NCBI GenBank assembly: GCA_964493945.1
Contig: CAZBQG010000005.1
Coordinates: 1,127-38,137 of the forward strand
Direction: 5' to 3'
DNA from: an uncultured Rhodospirillaceae bacterium
Lineage (GTDB): Bacteria > Pseudomonadota > Alphaproteobacteria > Rhodospirillales > UBA2165
Length of the DNA stretch: 37,011 nt
The notes under the pieces were generated by a model, which worked only from the letters and a program-made list of their open reading frames with translations, did no database searches and was not told the origin of the DNA. Each line of letters begins with the position of its first letter. Positions within the stretch are counted from its first letter, which is position 1. A program made the translations under genes and the position numbers. Of this stretch, positions 19,366 through 28,530 are shown piece after piece.

Positions 19366-20394
19366 CTATTTAAGCGCCTTGTGTTGGGCAGCCACCTTGT
19401 CCGTCCACACGCCCTTGGATTTGTAGAAGGCCACCGCCGCCTTGTGATAGGGCATGATGGGAAGTGTGCTGATGGCCGTCTTGTTGGAGAAACCGCGCAG
19501 CCCGAAATGGATTTTGCGGAGCTCCTTCGTGTTGTCCCACAGGGCATTCAGGATGTCCGTGACAGCCGTCCCGTCCACATCCTTGTGGCCCACCAGATAG
19601 GTGTCATAGGTGATCAGGTGGGTGCTCTTCTCCAAGCCCATTTTGGGCCGGGCTTTCATGGGCACCATGATGATGCCGGGAAAGACCCGCTTGCGCAGGA
19701 TGGCAAGGGACTTGGGCGAATTGTCCAGGGGCAGATAGCGCACGCCCATTTTGGCATGAACTTCTCGCACCGCCGGCATGCCGAAAGAGGCCCATGATGC
19801 GTCCACCCGGCGGTCGCCCAGGGCGCGCACGCCATCGACCACGCCGGTGACCGGAACCTGCTTCACATCCTTCCAGCTAAGCCCGCCCGTCGCCAGGGTG
19901 GCGCCGACCATGGGGACGACCACCGCATGGCCGCCGAAATGGGACGCGACCCGCTTGCCCTTCAGATCCTTCACCGTATGAATGTTGGATTTTTTGGGCA
20001 CCGTAAATGTCAGGCGCACGGCACCGAAGCCCGAACGCACGATGCGCAGATTCTTAAAGGCTTTTTTGTAGCGCCCCATGCCGTTATAGGCGAAATAAGC
20101 GCTGGTCGCCGACAGGGCCGAAAAGTGATGCTTTTTGTCGTTCAAGTCATTGAGAAAGGCATCTGGTCCGGCGAAAGAACGGATTACCACGCGCCGCTTG
20201 GAATGTTTTGTGGCGATCTTGGCCAGCCCCGCGCCCGTCGCATTGAGGATGGAGCCCACCCGGTCAGTGGCCATGACCAGGGTCTGGGCGGACGCGCTGA
20301 CGGAGCCGAAAGCAGCAACGGATGCCAGTGCGGCGGCGGGAATAAGACGCAGTGCAAAACGGCTGTGACTTTCTGTTGAGGTCATGGCTTTCAT
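19366..20394 (-). CDS. TAXI-family TRAP substrate-binding protein
   Basis: Signal peptide (ASA|Q), MATDRVGS, DLKGKRV, MPYHKAAVAFYKSKG. Confidence 0.9.
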   Translation of the reverse strand: MKAMTSTESHSRFALRLIPAAALASVAAFGSVSASAQTLVMATDRVGSILNATGAGLAKIATKHSKRRVVIRSFAGPDAFLNDLNDKKHHFSALSATSAYFAYNGMGRYKKAFKNLRIVRSGFGAVRLTFTVPKKSNIHTVKDLKGKRVASHFGGHAVVVPMVGATLATGGLSWKDVKQVPVTGVVDGVRALGDRRVDASWASFGMPAVREVHAKMGVRYLPLDNSPKSLAILRKRVFPGIIMVPMKARPKMGLEKSTHLITYDTYLVGHKDVDGTAVTDILNALWDNTKELRKIHFGLRGFSNKTAISTLPIMPYHKAAVAFYKSKGVWTDKVAAQHKALK

Positions 20395-20421
20395 CTCCCT
20401 GAATGAATTTATAAATCGAGA

Positions 20422-22344
20422 CTAGGTCGCCCCCGTTGGCCTGTCAATCGTGCGGGTTTGGCGCGCCCATAGGAGCAAAATTACGGCCATGCCCAGACCC
20501 AGGCCGGTCAGCCAATGGGTGAGTGGTGCCGCCAGAACCATCAGACCGGCCGCGCCGAAAAGTACCCGCGGGGCCAGGCCAATACGTTCAAAGAGATATC
20601 CCACGGCGGCGACGGAAATGACAGCGACACCCACCACCGCCTTGGCTAAACTGAGCAAGATGACCATGATCGTTCCATCACCCACCAGGGCCGGCTGGAA
20701 GACCATGACGAAGGGCACGATATAAGCGACCACGGCCAGACGCATGCTGACCCAACCGGCGCGCCAGAAATCCGTCTCGGCGATGGAGGCGGCGGCGAAG
20801 GTGGCCAGGCATACGGGCGGCGTGACCATGGAAAGCATACCGAAATAAAACAAAAACAAATGGGCCGATATGGGTTTGATGCCGAACTCGGTGAGGGCCG
20901 AGGCGAGCATCACGGCCAGCAGCATATAGATGATGCCGGTCGGCATGCCCATGCCCAAAAAGATGCAGGCCAAGGCCGTCATGCCCAGCAAAACAAACAC
21001 ATTGCCGCCCGACACATCCAGCAGCAAAAGGGAGAAATTGGATGCCAGGGCCGATAGCTGTAAGGCGCCGATAACCATGCCGGCGATGGAGGTGATGACC
21101 ACCAGATCCAAAACCGTGCGTCCCGTATCTTCCAGGGTACGGGCAAGGTCCTTCAGGCTGGGTCTTGTGTCCGCCCGGAACATGCTGACCACCAAGGTGG
21201 TGATGGCCGCCGCCATGGCCGATTTGCCGGGGCGCCAGCCTTCGCCGATCAATGTCCAGATGAGAACCGCGATGGGAATCATAAACACCCAGCCCCGGCC
21301 CATGATGTTGGCCAGCTTGGGCAGGCTTTCAACCGCCAGGGCCGACATCTTCCAGCGGGCCGCTTCCAGATCCACCTGAACAAACAATGCCACGTAATAA
21401 AGTACGGCCGGGATGATGGCCGCGAGGATCACCTCGGCATAGGTGATCTGGAGAAATTCGGCGATCAAAAATGCCGTGATGCCCATGACCGGGGGCATGA
21501 TCTGCCCGCCGGTGGAAGCGACCGCTTCGGTGGCGGCGGCGAGATGGGCGGGGTAGCCGCTTCGTTTCATCATGGGGATGGTGATGGGCCCGTCCATCAC
21601 CACATTGGAGACGGCGCTGCCTGAAATGGTTCCGAAAAAACTTGATGCGATCACCGCCACCTTGGCCGGGCCGCCCCGGAAGCGGCCCATGCTGAGCAGG
21701 GCGAAATCGGTGAGAAACTTGTCTCCTTTGACGGCGTAGAGCAGGCGCCCGAACAAAATGAAGGCGATGATCATGCTCGACGTTACGTCCAGCGGCAGGC
21801 CGTAGATGGCATTGGCGTCCAGATACAAATAGGCCGCGATGCGGTCCCACTCCGCGCCGGGGATGTTGAGAACCCCCGGCATGTAGCCTGAAAATTTTGT
21901 GTAAAGAATGAATACAAGCGCCAGGACCACCAGGGACCAGCCGGTCAGGCGCCGCGTCGCTTCCAGAATCAAAAGGATGGCGACGCCGCCCAGCAACCAG
22001 CGGTCGGGCCCGGACCCGGCCAGATCGAGAACCAGCCTGGGAAAGAAAATCACGATATGGCCGCCGGTGAGGACGGACAGTCCGGCCAGGCACCAGTCAT
22101 ACCAGGGGACATGGTCCGCCGGGCCTCTCTTGCGGGCTTTGGTGCCGATAAAAGTCGCCACCAGGGCGATGACCAGGATCAGGGCCAGATATTGTTCCTT
22201 GAAAATGGCCGTGGCGAAGAAATGATGCAGTTCCAGCGCCCAAAGCCCGCCCAACACGGCCAGGGAGGTAAGCAGACCTCGGACGATCCAGCCGGGCCCG
22301 GGGGGCAGTTTGCGGAATTTACCCAAACCCGCTTCCTCGCTCAC
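20422..22344 (-). CDS. TAXI-TRAP fused permease (DctQ-M)
   Basis: GGPAKVAV, GTISGSAVSNV, ITIPMMKRSGY, EAVASTGGQIMPPVMG, TPPVCLA. GTG 22344 overlaps the upstream TGA (GTGA) with GGAGG RBS. Confidence 0.93.
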   Translation of the reverse strand: MSEEAGLGKFRKLPPGPGWIVRGLLTSLAVLGGLWALELHHFFATAIFKEQYLALILVIALVATFIGTKARKRGPADHVPWYDWCLAGLSVLTGGHIVIFFPRLVLDLAGSGPDRWLLGGVAILLILEATRRLTGWSLVVLALVFILYTKFSGYMPGVLNIPGAEWDRIAAYLYLDANAIYGLPLDVTSSMIIAFILFGRLLYAVKGDKFLTDFALLSMGRFRGGPAKVAVIASSFFGTISGSAVSNVVMDGPITIPMMKRSGYPAHLAAATEAVASTGGQIMPPVMGITAFLIAEFLQITYAEVILAAIIPAVLYYVALFVQVDLEAARWKMSALAVESLPKLANIMGRGWVFMIPIAVLIWTLIGEGWRPGKSAMAAAITTLVVSMFRADTRPSLKDLARTLEDTGRTVLDLVVITSIAGMVIGALQLSALASNFSLLLLDVSGGNVFVLLGMTALACIFLGMGMPTGIIYMLLAVMLASALTEFGIKPISAHLFLFYFGMLSMVTPPVCLATFAAASIAETDFWRAGWVSMRLAVVAYIVPFVMVFQPALVGDGTIMVILLSLAKAVVGVAVISVAAVGYLFERIGLAPRVLFGAAGLMVLAAPLTHWLTGLGLGMAVILLLWARQTRTIDRPTGAT

Positions 22345-23456
22345 CAGACTTCCTCCAGCCATAGGTTGATTTCGGCGGCCTCCACCGGGCGGGGTGCGTG
22401 GGCCATCATGGGCAGCGGGACGGCCGCCTGGGCGATGGATAACAGATTGCTCCGCTCAATGCCATGGGCGCGAAGGTGGGGATCCACACCCATCTCGCCG
22501 ACCAGCCGGGCGAAGCTTTGGGCCGCATCCTCTCCGCTGCCCAGCGCCTCCCGGGCGGGCCGTTCGGCATCGCCAAGAAGTGCTTTCATGGCCGGCGGTG
22601 CGAGGATGGCGTGGGGCAACCCATGGGGCAGTTTGTAGCGCACGCCGATGGCCAGACCGATGGCGTGGATTACATTGACGCCTGCGGCACCCCCGGCCAT
22701 GGCGACCATGACCGAGGCGTAAAAGCAATCCTCCCGGGCCTTCAGGTTATCCGGCTCACTGATGCCCAGGGGAAGCGCATGGGCGAGCAGACCCAAGGCG
22801 CTGGGGGCCAGGCCGGAGGACAACGGGTTGCGGTCTTTTGAATAAAGATTTTCGAAGCACCGTACCATGGCGCCCAGCCCCGTCGAAGCCGTCAAGCCGG
22901 GCCCGCAATGGGCGGATAGTCGGGCATCCAAGACGGTGATTTTGGGGACCAGCAGAGGGTCCTGAAATCGCATCTTGGTTTCGGTTTCGGGGTCCAGAAT
23001 AGTGGCGAAAGGCAAAAAATCACTGGCCGGGCGGGGGACCGTGGGTACCGAAATATGTGGCAGGGCGTCCGGCGGCAAGGGCCGGTGGGGCGTCTCTTTG
23101 AGGCGGTAAGGTTCAAGCTCGCCCCCGCCGGCTATCATCAGGGCGATCCCTTTTCCTGTATCGACGGCGCTGCCACCGCCGACGCTGATGATCAAATCGG
23201 CTTTCTCCTGGAGGAACAGATTGGCGGCCTCCAGGACGGTGACCAGCGGTGTATGCATTTGCGCGCCGTCAAAGACGCCGGCGCATCGGCTGCCTAACCC
23301 GGCCCGGACGCGCTCCAGCATTTCCCCCCCAGCCACGGTCTTCCCACAGACCACCAGGGCACGGCCCGCACCCAACCCATCAACAAATTCCCCCAGCTTC
23401 CCCACGCCACCCGCCTCGAATTGCAGCTCCCCCGGCCAATTGGCGACTCGGATCAT
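22341..23456 (-). CDS. Group III (Fe-ADH superfamily) oxidoreductase, maleylacetate-reductase-like
   Basis: VFDGAQMHTP, GGGSAVDTGK, LYSKDRNPLS, LPHG. Confidence 0.8.
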   Translation of the reverse strand: MIRVANWPGELQFEAGGVGKLGEFVDGLGAGRALVVCGKTVAGGEMLERVRAGLGSRCAGVFDGAQMHTPLVTVLEAANLFLQEKADLIISVGGGSAVDTGKGIALMIAGGGELEPYRLKETPHRPLPPDALPHISVPTVPRPASDFLPFATILDPETETKMRFQDPLLVPKITVLDARLSAHCGPGLTASTGLGAMVRCFENLYSKDRNPLSSGLAPSALGLLAHALPLGISEPDNLKAREDCFYASVMVAMAGGAAGVNVIHAIGLAIGVRYKLPHGLPHAILAPPAMKALLGDAERPAREALGSGEDAAQSFARLVGEMGVDPHLRAHGIERSNLLSIAQAAVPLPMMAHAPRPVEAAEINLWLEEVW

Positions 23457-23459
23457 GGA

Positions 23460-24623
23460 TCAGCCTTCGAGGCAGGCGAAGAGCGCCTTGGCCAGAGCAT
23501 CGCGCGGCCCGGAATCAGGCATATGCATGCGGTTCATGGCGTATGAAAAGCCGATCCTGGCATCCGGATCGCCATAGCCGATGGACCCGCCCGCCCCCTG
23601 ATGGCCGAAGAATTTGGAATTGGGCCCCATCCAGGCGACGGGCGGCGAATTAAGCACCACGCCCAGGCCCTGATGGTAATGGCGGCCTAGAAATTGCTCG
23701 ACCATATTGTGCTGTTCGCTGGCCATGCGCTGCAATGTTTCGCGGCTCATGAGGCGTTCGGAACTGACCAGCACGCCATAGAGCTTGGCGGTGGCGCGGG
23801 CATTGCCGTGGCCGTTGGCCGAAGGGATTTCCGAAGAGCGCCAGCCGTTCGAATTGAAATCCTCGCCCTTTGCAAGCTGCGCCCAAAAGCGCCCCTCGGG
23901 TGTTTCCGGATTGGCCGGCGCGTAACGAAGCGGGATGTCGGCGGGCAGGATAAATCCGGCGCAACGGGTGAAATGTTCTGGCGGAAGGCCGATATGGTAA
24001 TCCAGGCCCAAGGGTTCGGCCACTTCCTGCCTGAAGAAATTACCCAATGTCATGCCTGCCACCCGGCGCACCACTTCGGCCACCAAAAACCCCTGCGTCA
24101 TGACGTGATAGCCCATCTCCTCGCCGGGCTCCCACATGGGCGCCAGGCGGGCCAGTGCTTGGCATATGGTCTGGGCGTCATAGATGGCACCCTGGGGAAG
24201 GGGCGGCTCCAGAAAGGGAAGCCCTGCCCGGTGATCCAGAACAAAGCGCAGGGGCAGGTCACCTTTGCCGGCCTCGGCGAATTCAGGCCAGTAGGTGGCG
24301 ATGGGCAGGGTCGTGTCTATCTCTCCCCGGTCCACCAATATGTGCATGCAGATGGAGGCCACGGCCTTGGACACCGACATCATATTGACGATGGTGTCTG
24401 CCTCCCAAGGCACTTGGCAGGCCTTATCGGTGAAGCCTCCCCAGAGATCGATGATGCTCTCGCCCTTCAGGGTCACGGCGATGCAGGAGCCGGTTTCCAG
24501 ACCTTCCCTGAAATTATTCTGGAAGCAATCAATGACGGCCTGGAACCGCTCATCGCAAAGGCCGCGGATGGGATAATCCCGGCCATCGAAGGAAACAGTC
24601 TCGTTGATCTCTTGCGGGGCCAT
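23460..24623 (-). CDS. Serine hydrolase, class C beta-lactamase-like / family VIII esterase
   Basis: SVSK (SxxK), YWPEF, LDHRAGL, GYH, GHQGAGGS. No signal peptide. Confidence 0.9.
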   Translation of the reverse strand: MAPQEINETVSFDGRDYPIRGLCDERFQAVIDCFQNNFREGLETGSCIAVTLKGESIIDLWGGFTDKACQVPWEADTIVNMMSVSKAVASICMHILVDRGEIDTTLPIATYWPEFAEAGKGDLPLRFVLDHRAGLPFLEPPLPQGAIYDAQTICQALARLAPMWEPGEEMGYHVMTQGFLVAEVVRRVAGMTLGNFFRQEVAEPLGLDYHIGLPPEHFTRCAGFILPADIPLRYAPANPETPEGRFWAQLAKGEDFNSNGWRSSEIPSANGHGNARATAKLYGVLVSSERLMSRETLQRMASEQHNMVEQFLGRHYHQGLGVVLNSPPVAWMGPNSKFFGHQGAGGSIGYGDPDARIGFSYAMNRMHMPDSGPRDALAKALFACLEG

Positions 24624-24632
24624 GGGTCCAGC

Positions 24633-25311
24633 CTATCCGTAAATCCGATCCATGTCCGGCTTTTCCGTGGCGTAATAATGGATCCAGATATAGGCATGGC
24701 TAAAGACGGCAAGGATCAGGGCCGCCAGGGACTGGAACAAAAAGCCCGGAATCCAAAGGCCCATAAATCCGAACAGATACATGGCGTTCGATGAAAAGCG
24801 GAAGATGCCGCCCTGCACCATGGGTGCGTTCCGCGCCTTGGCTCGAAATGATCGATTCCCAGCGCCCGGCGGAAAGAAAAATAATGAGCCACCGAATACA
24901 TCAAATATACGGCGGGCAGGAACAACAGGACCGATATGCCGTAACCCAGCCATTCATTGATTTCCAGCGTTCCCCGGTTGGACCAGCCCAGGGTGAAAAT
25001 CAATAGGACCTGAGCAAAATCAAAATGGCGAAGAGGATGGCGTAGATCGGAAACGCCCGGACATCCAGCAGCCGGGTCAGCCTCTGCCTATGCAATTCGG
25101 CCCGCCAGCAAAGCCACACATAAATTTGATGAAGCACCGCATCCCCGACGGCCAGGGCCGCCCAGGTCAGGGTGGATATCCCTAAAAATGCACCGGTTTG
25201 GAATCCGCGTAAACCGCTCGCCCCAAAGACCGCCGCGAGCAGCACGGCCAGCCCGGCGAAATGAAGGACCTGGCCTTCGAAGAAGAGATTTTTCCCCGGA
25301 CGGTCATTCAT
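24633..25311 (-). pseudogene. PEMT/PEM2-type membrane methyltransferase with two frameshifts
   Basis: Three frames join into one protein: HQIYVWLCWRAEL / YSVAHYFSFRRALGIDHF / PMVQGGIFRFSSNAMY..HYYATEKPDMDRIYG. Shifts at ~25010 and ~24839. Confidence 0.8.
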
Positions 25312-25331
25312 GGCGCCAGGTTAGCGCATTA

Positions 25332-25346
25332 TCTGACCCAGTCAGA
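25332..25346. promoter_or_regulatory. Palindromic operator-like site TCTGAC-N3-GTCAGA
   Basis: About 20 nt upstream of ATG 25311, overlapping a minus-strand GATAAT (25333-25328). Confidence 0.45.
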
Positions 25347-25350
25347 GTAA

Positions 25351-27768
25351 TTATGGCTGTGAGTGCATATCTCCAATCTTCAGCGAATGGACCAGACAGG
25401 CGGTCAGGCGGTCGATCTGGAGGGGCTTGGTGGTATAGCTCTCGAAGCCCGCTGCCATTCCGCGGTCGACATCCTTTGGCATGGCGCTGGCGCTCAGGGC
25501 GATGACCGGGATTTGGCTGGTTTCACTGCTTTCCTTTAGATGGGTGAGGCCTGGAAGCCATCCATACCGGGCAGGTTAATGTCCAATAATATGGCATCTG
25601 GCCGCAGCTCACGGGCCATATCAATGCCTTCCTCGGCGGTTCGCGCGGTGGCCAGGGTGATCTTCTCATACCGGCTTAGTATTTCGGCTATCAGCTTCAA
25701 ATTGCTTGGGTTATCTTCCACGTAAAGCACGGTGCGCGGATCGCTCATGGCACCCAGCGCCTCGTCTGAAGCATGGTCGGTGGCGATATCGCCAGACGGC
25801 TCTGATTTGTTCTCCGAGGTGACGGGAAGCTCGACCCAGAAGCTACTTCCCTCTCCTGGGCGGCTTTCGAGCCCCATGCGCCCATCCATCAACTCGACCA
25901 GCATCTTGGTGATGGTCAGTCCGATCCCCGAACCCTCCACCTCTCCGGCTTCCTGGCCCAGACGGTTGAAGGGTTCGAATATGGAGCTGATTTTTTCAGC
26001 CTCGATCCCCGGACCGTTGTCGGCCACTGTGATCCGGTAACCTGTGACCCCTTCATCATCAACTGAGGTGCTTAATTTCACCTCTCCGCCTTCGTTGTTA
26101 TATTTGATCGCGTTGGCAACCAAATGAACCAAAATCTGCTTGAAGCGGGTGAAGTCGGCGAGGATAAGGGCTCCGTTCCCGGACACTGTGTTGGCGGTTT
26201 CGTCGATGATGGTGATGTTCCGTTCCTCGGTCAACGGTGCCAGAAGATTGAGGCATTCCTCAATGGCCTGAACCGGATCCATGGGTTCAACCGATAGGGC
26301 CAGATTGCCAGATTCTATGCGCGACAAATCGAGTATCTCATTGATCAGGCCATGGAGATGGTGCCCCGCCTTAAGGATCAGCCCTGCATATTCATAACGT
26401 TGTTCCGCTGTCGGCTTTTTTATCGGCTTGGCCTGAAGGAGCTGGGCAAAGCCCAGAATAGCGTTCAGGGGCGTGCGCAGTTCGTGGCTCATGGAGGAAA
26501 GGAAACGGGATTTGGCCAGGTTGGCATTCTCCGCCTGCTCCTTGGCCATCTGGAGCGACCGCTCTTCGCGCTTGACGTTGGTTATGTCGCGGACGATGCC
26601 GGTGAACAACACCCGCTCGCCCAGCTCGACCCGGCTGGTGGCGAGGTAAATGGGGATGGCCCGTCCCCCCTTGCATGCCGCGATCAAGTCTCTCCCCCGT
26701 CCCAAGACCCGGGAGATTCCCGTGCGCAGATAGTTTTCCAATTGCGCGTCGTGGGCCGAGGCATCCGCCTCCCCCATGAGCAGGGATACGGGCTTGCCGA
26801 TGATCTCCTCGCCCGTATAGCCGAAGATCGTCTCGGCCGCCGCGTTGAAGCTTTCGATGATGCCCGCCCGTCGATGGTGATGATGCCGTCGGCCGCCGTA
26901 TCCGCAATAGAGCGCAGGCGCTCCGTTCGCTCCTCGACGCGGTGCTCCAACTCGGCGTTTAGTTCGCGGATTTCGGCTCCGGCACGCAAATTCTCAGTGA
27001 TGTGGTTGTGCGATTGACGGGTACCGAAGCCGATCAGGGCCAGACCCAGGAACCAGATAAAACCGTGCGAGCCATAAAGCGCCAAGTCTGAAGCATGCTC
27101 GGCGGCAAGATAGGGCGCCAAGGGAATGGCAACCCCCACACCGCCCCGGAAATCACCTTCCTTGAAATCCAGATGGCCGTGGCATTTTTCGCAGCCCTTC
27201 TCCATATACATGGGCCGCATCAAGCGCAGGAATGGCCTGCCATCGATATCCGCCACTTCCCGGAATTCCTTGGCACCTCCTTTCATGGCCTTTAAAGCCG
27301 CCGTTTCCCATTTGTCTGGCGCGTTGCCCGGGCGCAGCACCACCAGACCGGTGATCTTGCCCCGAATGCCATAGAGCACCTTATAGTCCTCCATCAATTG
27401 GCGCACCATATAGGCGGGGTTGAGCAGAGTTAGCGCCTTGCCCGACGGCGTTTGGATATCGCGTTCTGGTACATGCTCCATATAGGGACTGGGTGGCGTC
27501 TCTTTGGTGACCGAAACATAGACGCCGCCATGTTTGGTGCCCCACAGCCGGAACCCCTGGTCCTTGTTGAAATGGGCCAATGCCTCTTTGCGGGCCAGGT
27601 CCATGGTCTTTTGCCCGTCGAGATAAAGATCCCAAACCAGGGATATGGCAATGATCCCTGCCTATATGACGAGGATCGCCGCTACATACCGCCAGAAGAA
27701 TTTAAGCCTAAAGCGTTCCGTTACCCCTGGGCGCCCAGGGGGGAAATATCTGATCCGGAGTTTTTCAT
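25351..27768 (-). pseudogene. Hybrid histidine kinase (TM-[c-heme DUF3365/Tll0287-like sensor]-TM-PAS-HisKA-HATPase-REC), disrupted
   Basis: HGGVYV, LNPAYMVRQ, CEKCH; PAS (ESFNAAAETIFGY); MSHELRTPLN; DNGPGI, GSGIGL; REC (VEDN..LLDINLPGMDG..YTTKP). Lesions at ~27763, 27662-27664 (TAG), ~26864, ~25549. Confidence 0.85.
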
Positions 27769-27796
27769 GGCGTCCAGCATATTTCCACCTCGCCCA

Positions 27797-27813
27797 CCCT
27801 GCTGTGAGCAGGG
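27797..27813. terminator. Stem-loop downstream of purN
   Basis: CCCTGCT-GTG-AGCAGGG; no clear U-tract on the minus strand. Confidence 0.3.
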
Positions 27814-27882
27814 CGTTTCCTCTTTATAGCTATTATAAATATTTGGCGGAAACCAGAATTTTCAAGCTTTACTTCACTATCC

Positions 27883-28530
27883 CTAGCCCGGCGGATTGAT
27901 CATTGCGGCGGCGGGTGGGGCGGCATTGTTGATCTCCACCCGCTCGCCGGCGACCCGGACCCGGCCCAGGGCGATCAGGCGGACGGCCAGGGGATAGATG
28001 CGGTGTTCCTCGGTCAGCACCCGCCTCGCCAGTTCCTCTGCCGTGTCGCCCTGCAAAATGGGCACGGCGGCCTGGGCGATGATCGGCCCGTCATCCATGG
28101 CCGGGCGCACGAAATGGATGGTGCAGCCGCCGAAACGCACCCCCGCATCGATGGCCCTTTGATGGGTGTCCAGCCCCTTGAAGGACGGCAGAAGGGACGG
28201 GTGGATATTGATCAGCCGGTCCAGCCACTTATTGACGAAATGATCGGTCAGAAGGCGCATGAAGCCGGCCAGGCAGACCAGATTGGTACCCGGCAAAATT
28301 TCCGCCATCAAGGCGTCCTCGAAGGGCTGGCGCCCGTCGAATTGCTTGTGGTCCACGATTGCGGTTTCGATGCCCGCCTCTTTCGCCCGCTCCAGGCCGT
28401 AGGCGCCGGCTTTGTTGGAAATCACCTGCTGGATCTGAAAAGGCGCGCCGGGTTGGCCCGCCGCATCGATCAGGCTTTGCAGATTGGTGCCGCCCCCCGA
28501 AATCAGAACGGCTACCTTCAGCATTCCCAT
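27883..28530 (-). CDS. purN: Phosphoribosylglycinamide formyltransferase
   Basis: [32 protein letters not shown]. Confidence 0.97.
   Translation of the reverse strand: MGMLKVAVLISGGGTNLQSLIDAAGQPGAPFQIQQVISNKAGAYGLERAKEAGIETAIVDHKQFDGRQPFEDALMAEILPGTNLVCLAGFMRLLTDHFVNKWLDRLINIHPSLLPSFKGLDTHQRAIDAGVRFGGCTIHFVRPAMDDGPIIAQAAVPILQGDTAEELARRVLTEEHRIYPLAVRLIALGRVRVAGERVEINNAAPPAAAMINPPG

Noticed and set aside
23460-24623. Beta-lactam resistance gene
   Set aside because: No signal peptide, HxG instead of KTG, catabolic context; fits a family VIII esterase.
23694-24794. 366-aa plus-strand ORF
   Set aside because: Antisense shadow of the serine hydrolase.
25351-27768. Programmed frameshifting or TAG recoding in the kinase
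   Set aside because: Four independent lesions, no slippery heptamers, and TAG is an ordinary stop in several genes here (lptF, lptG, pdxA). Decay or sequencing error is simpler.
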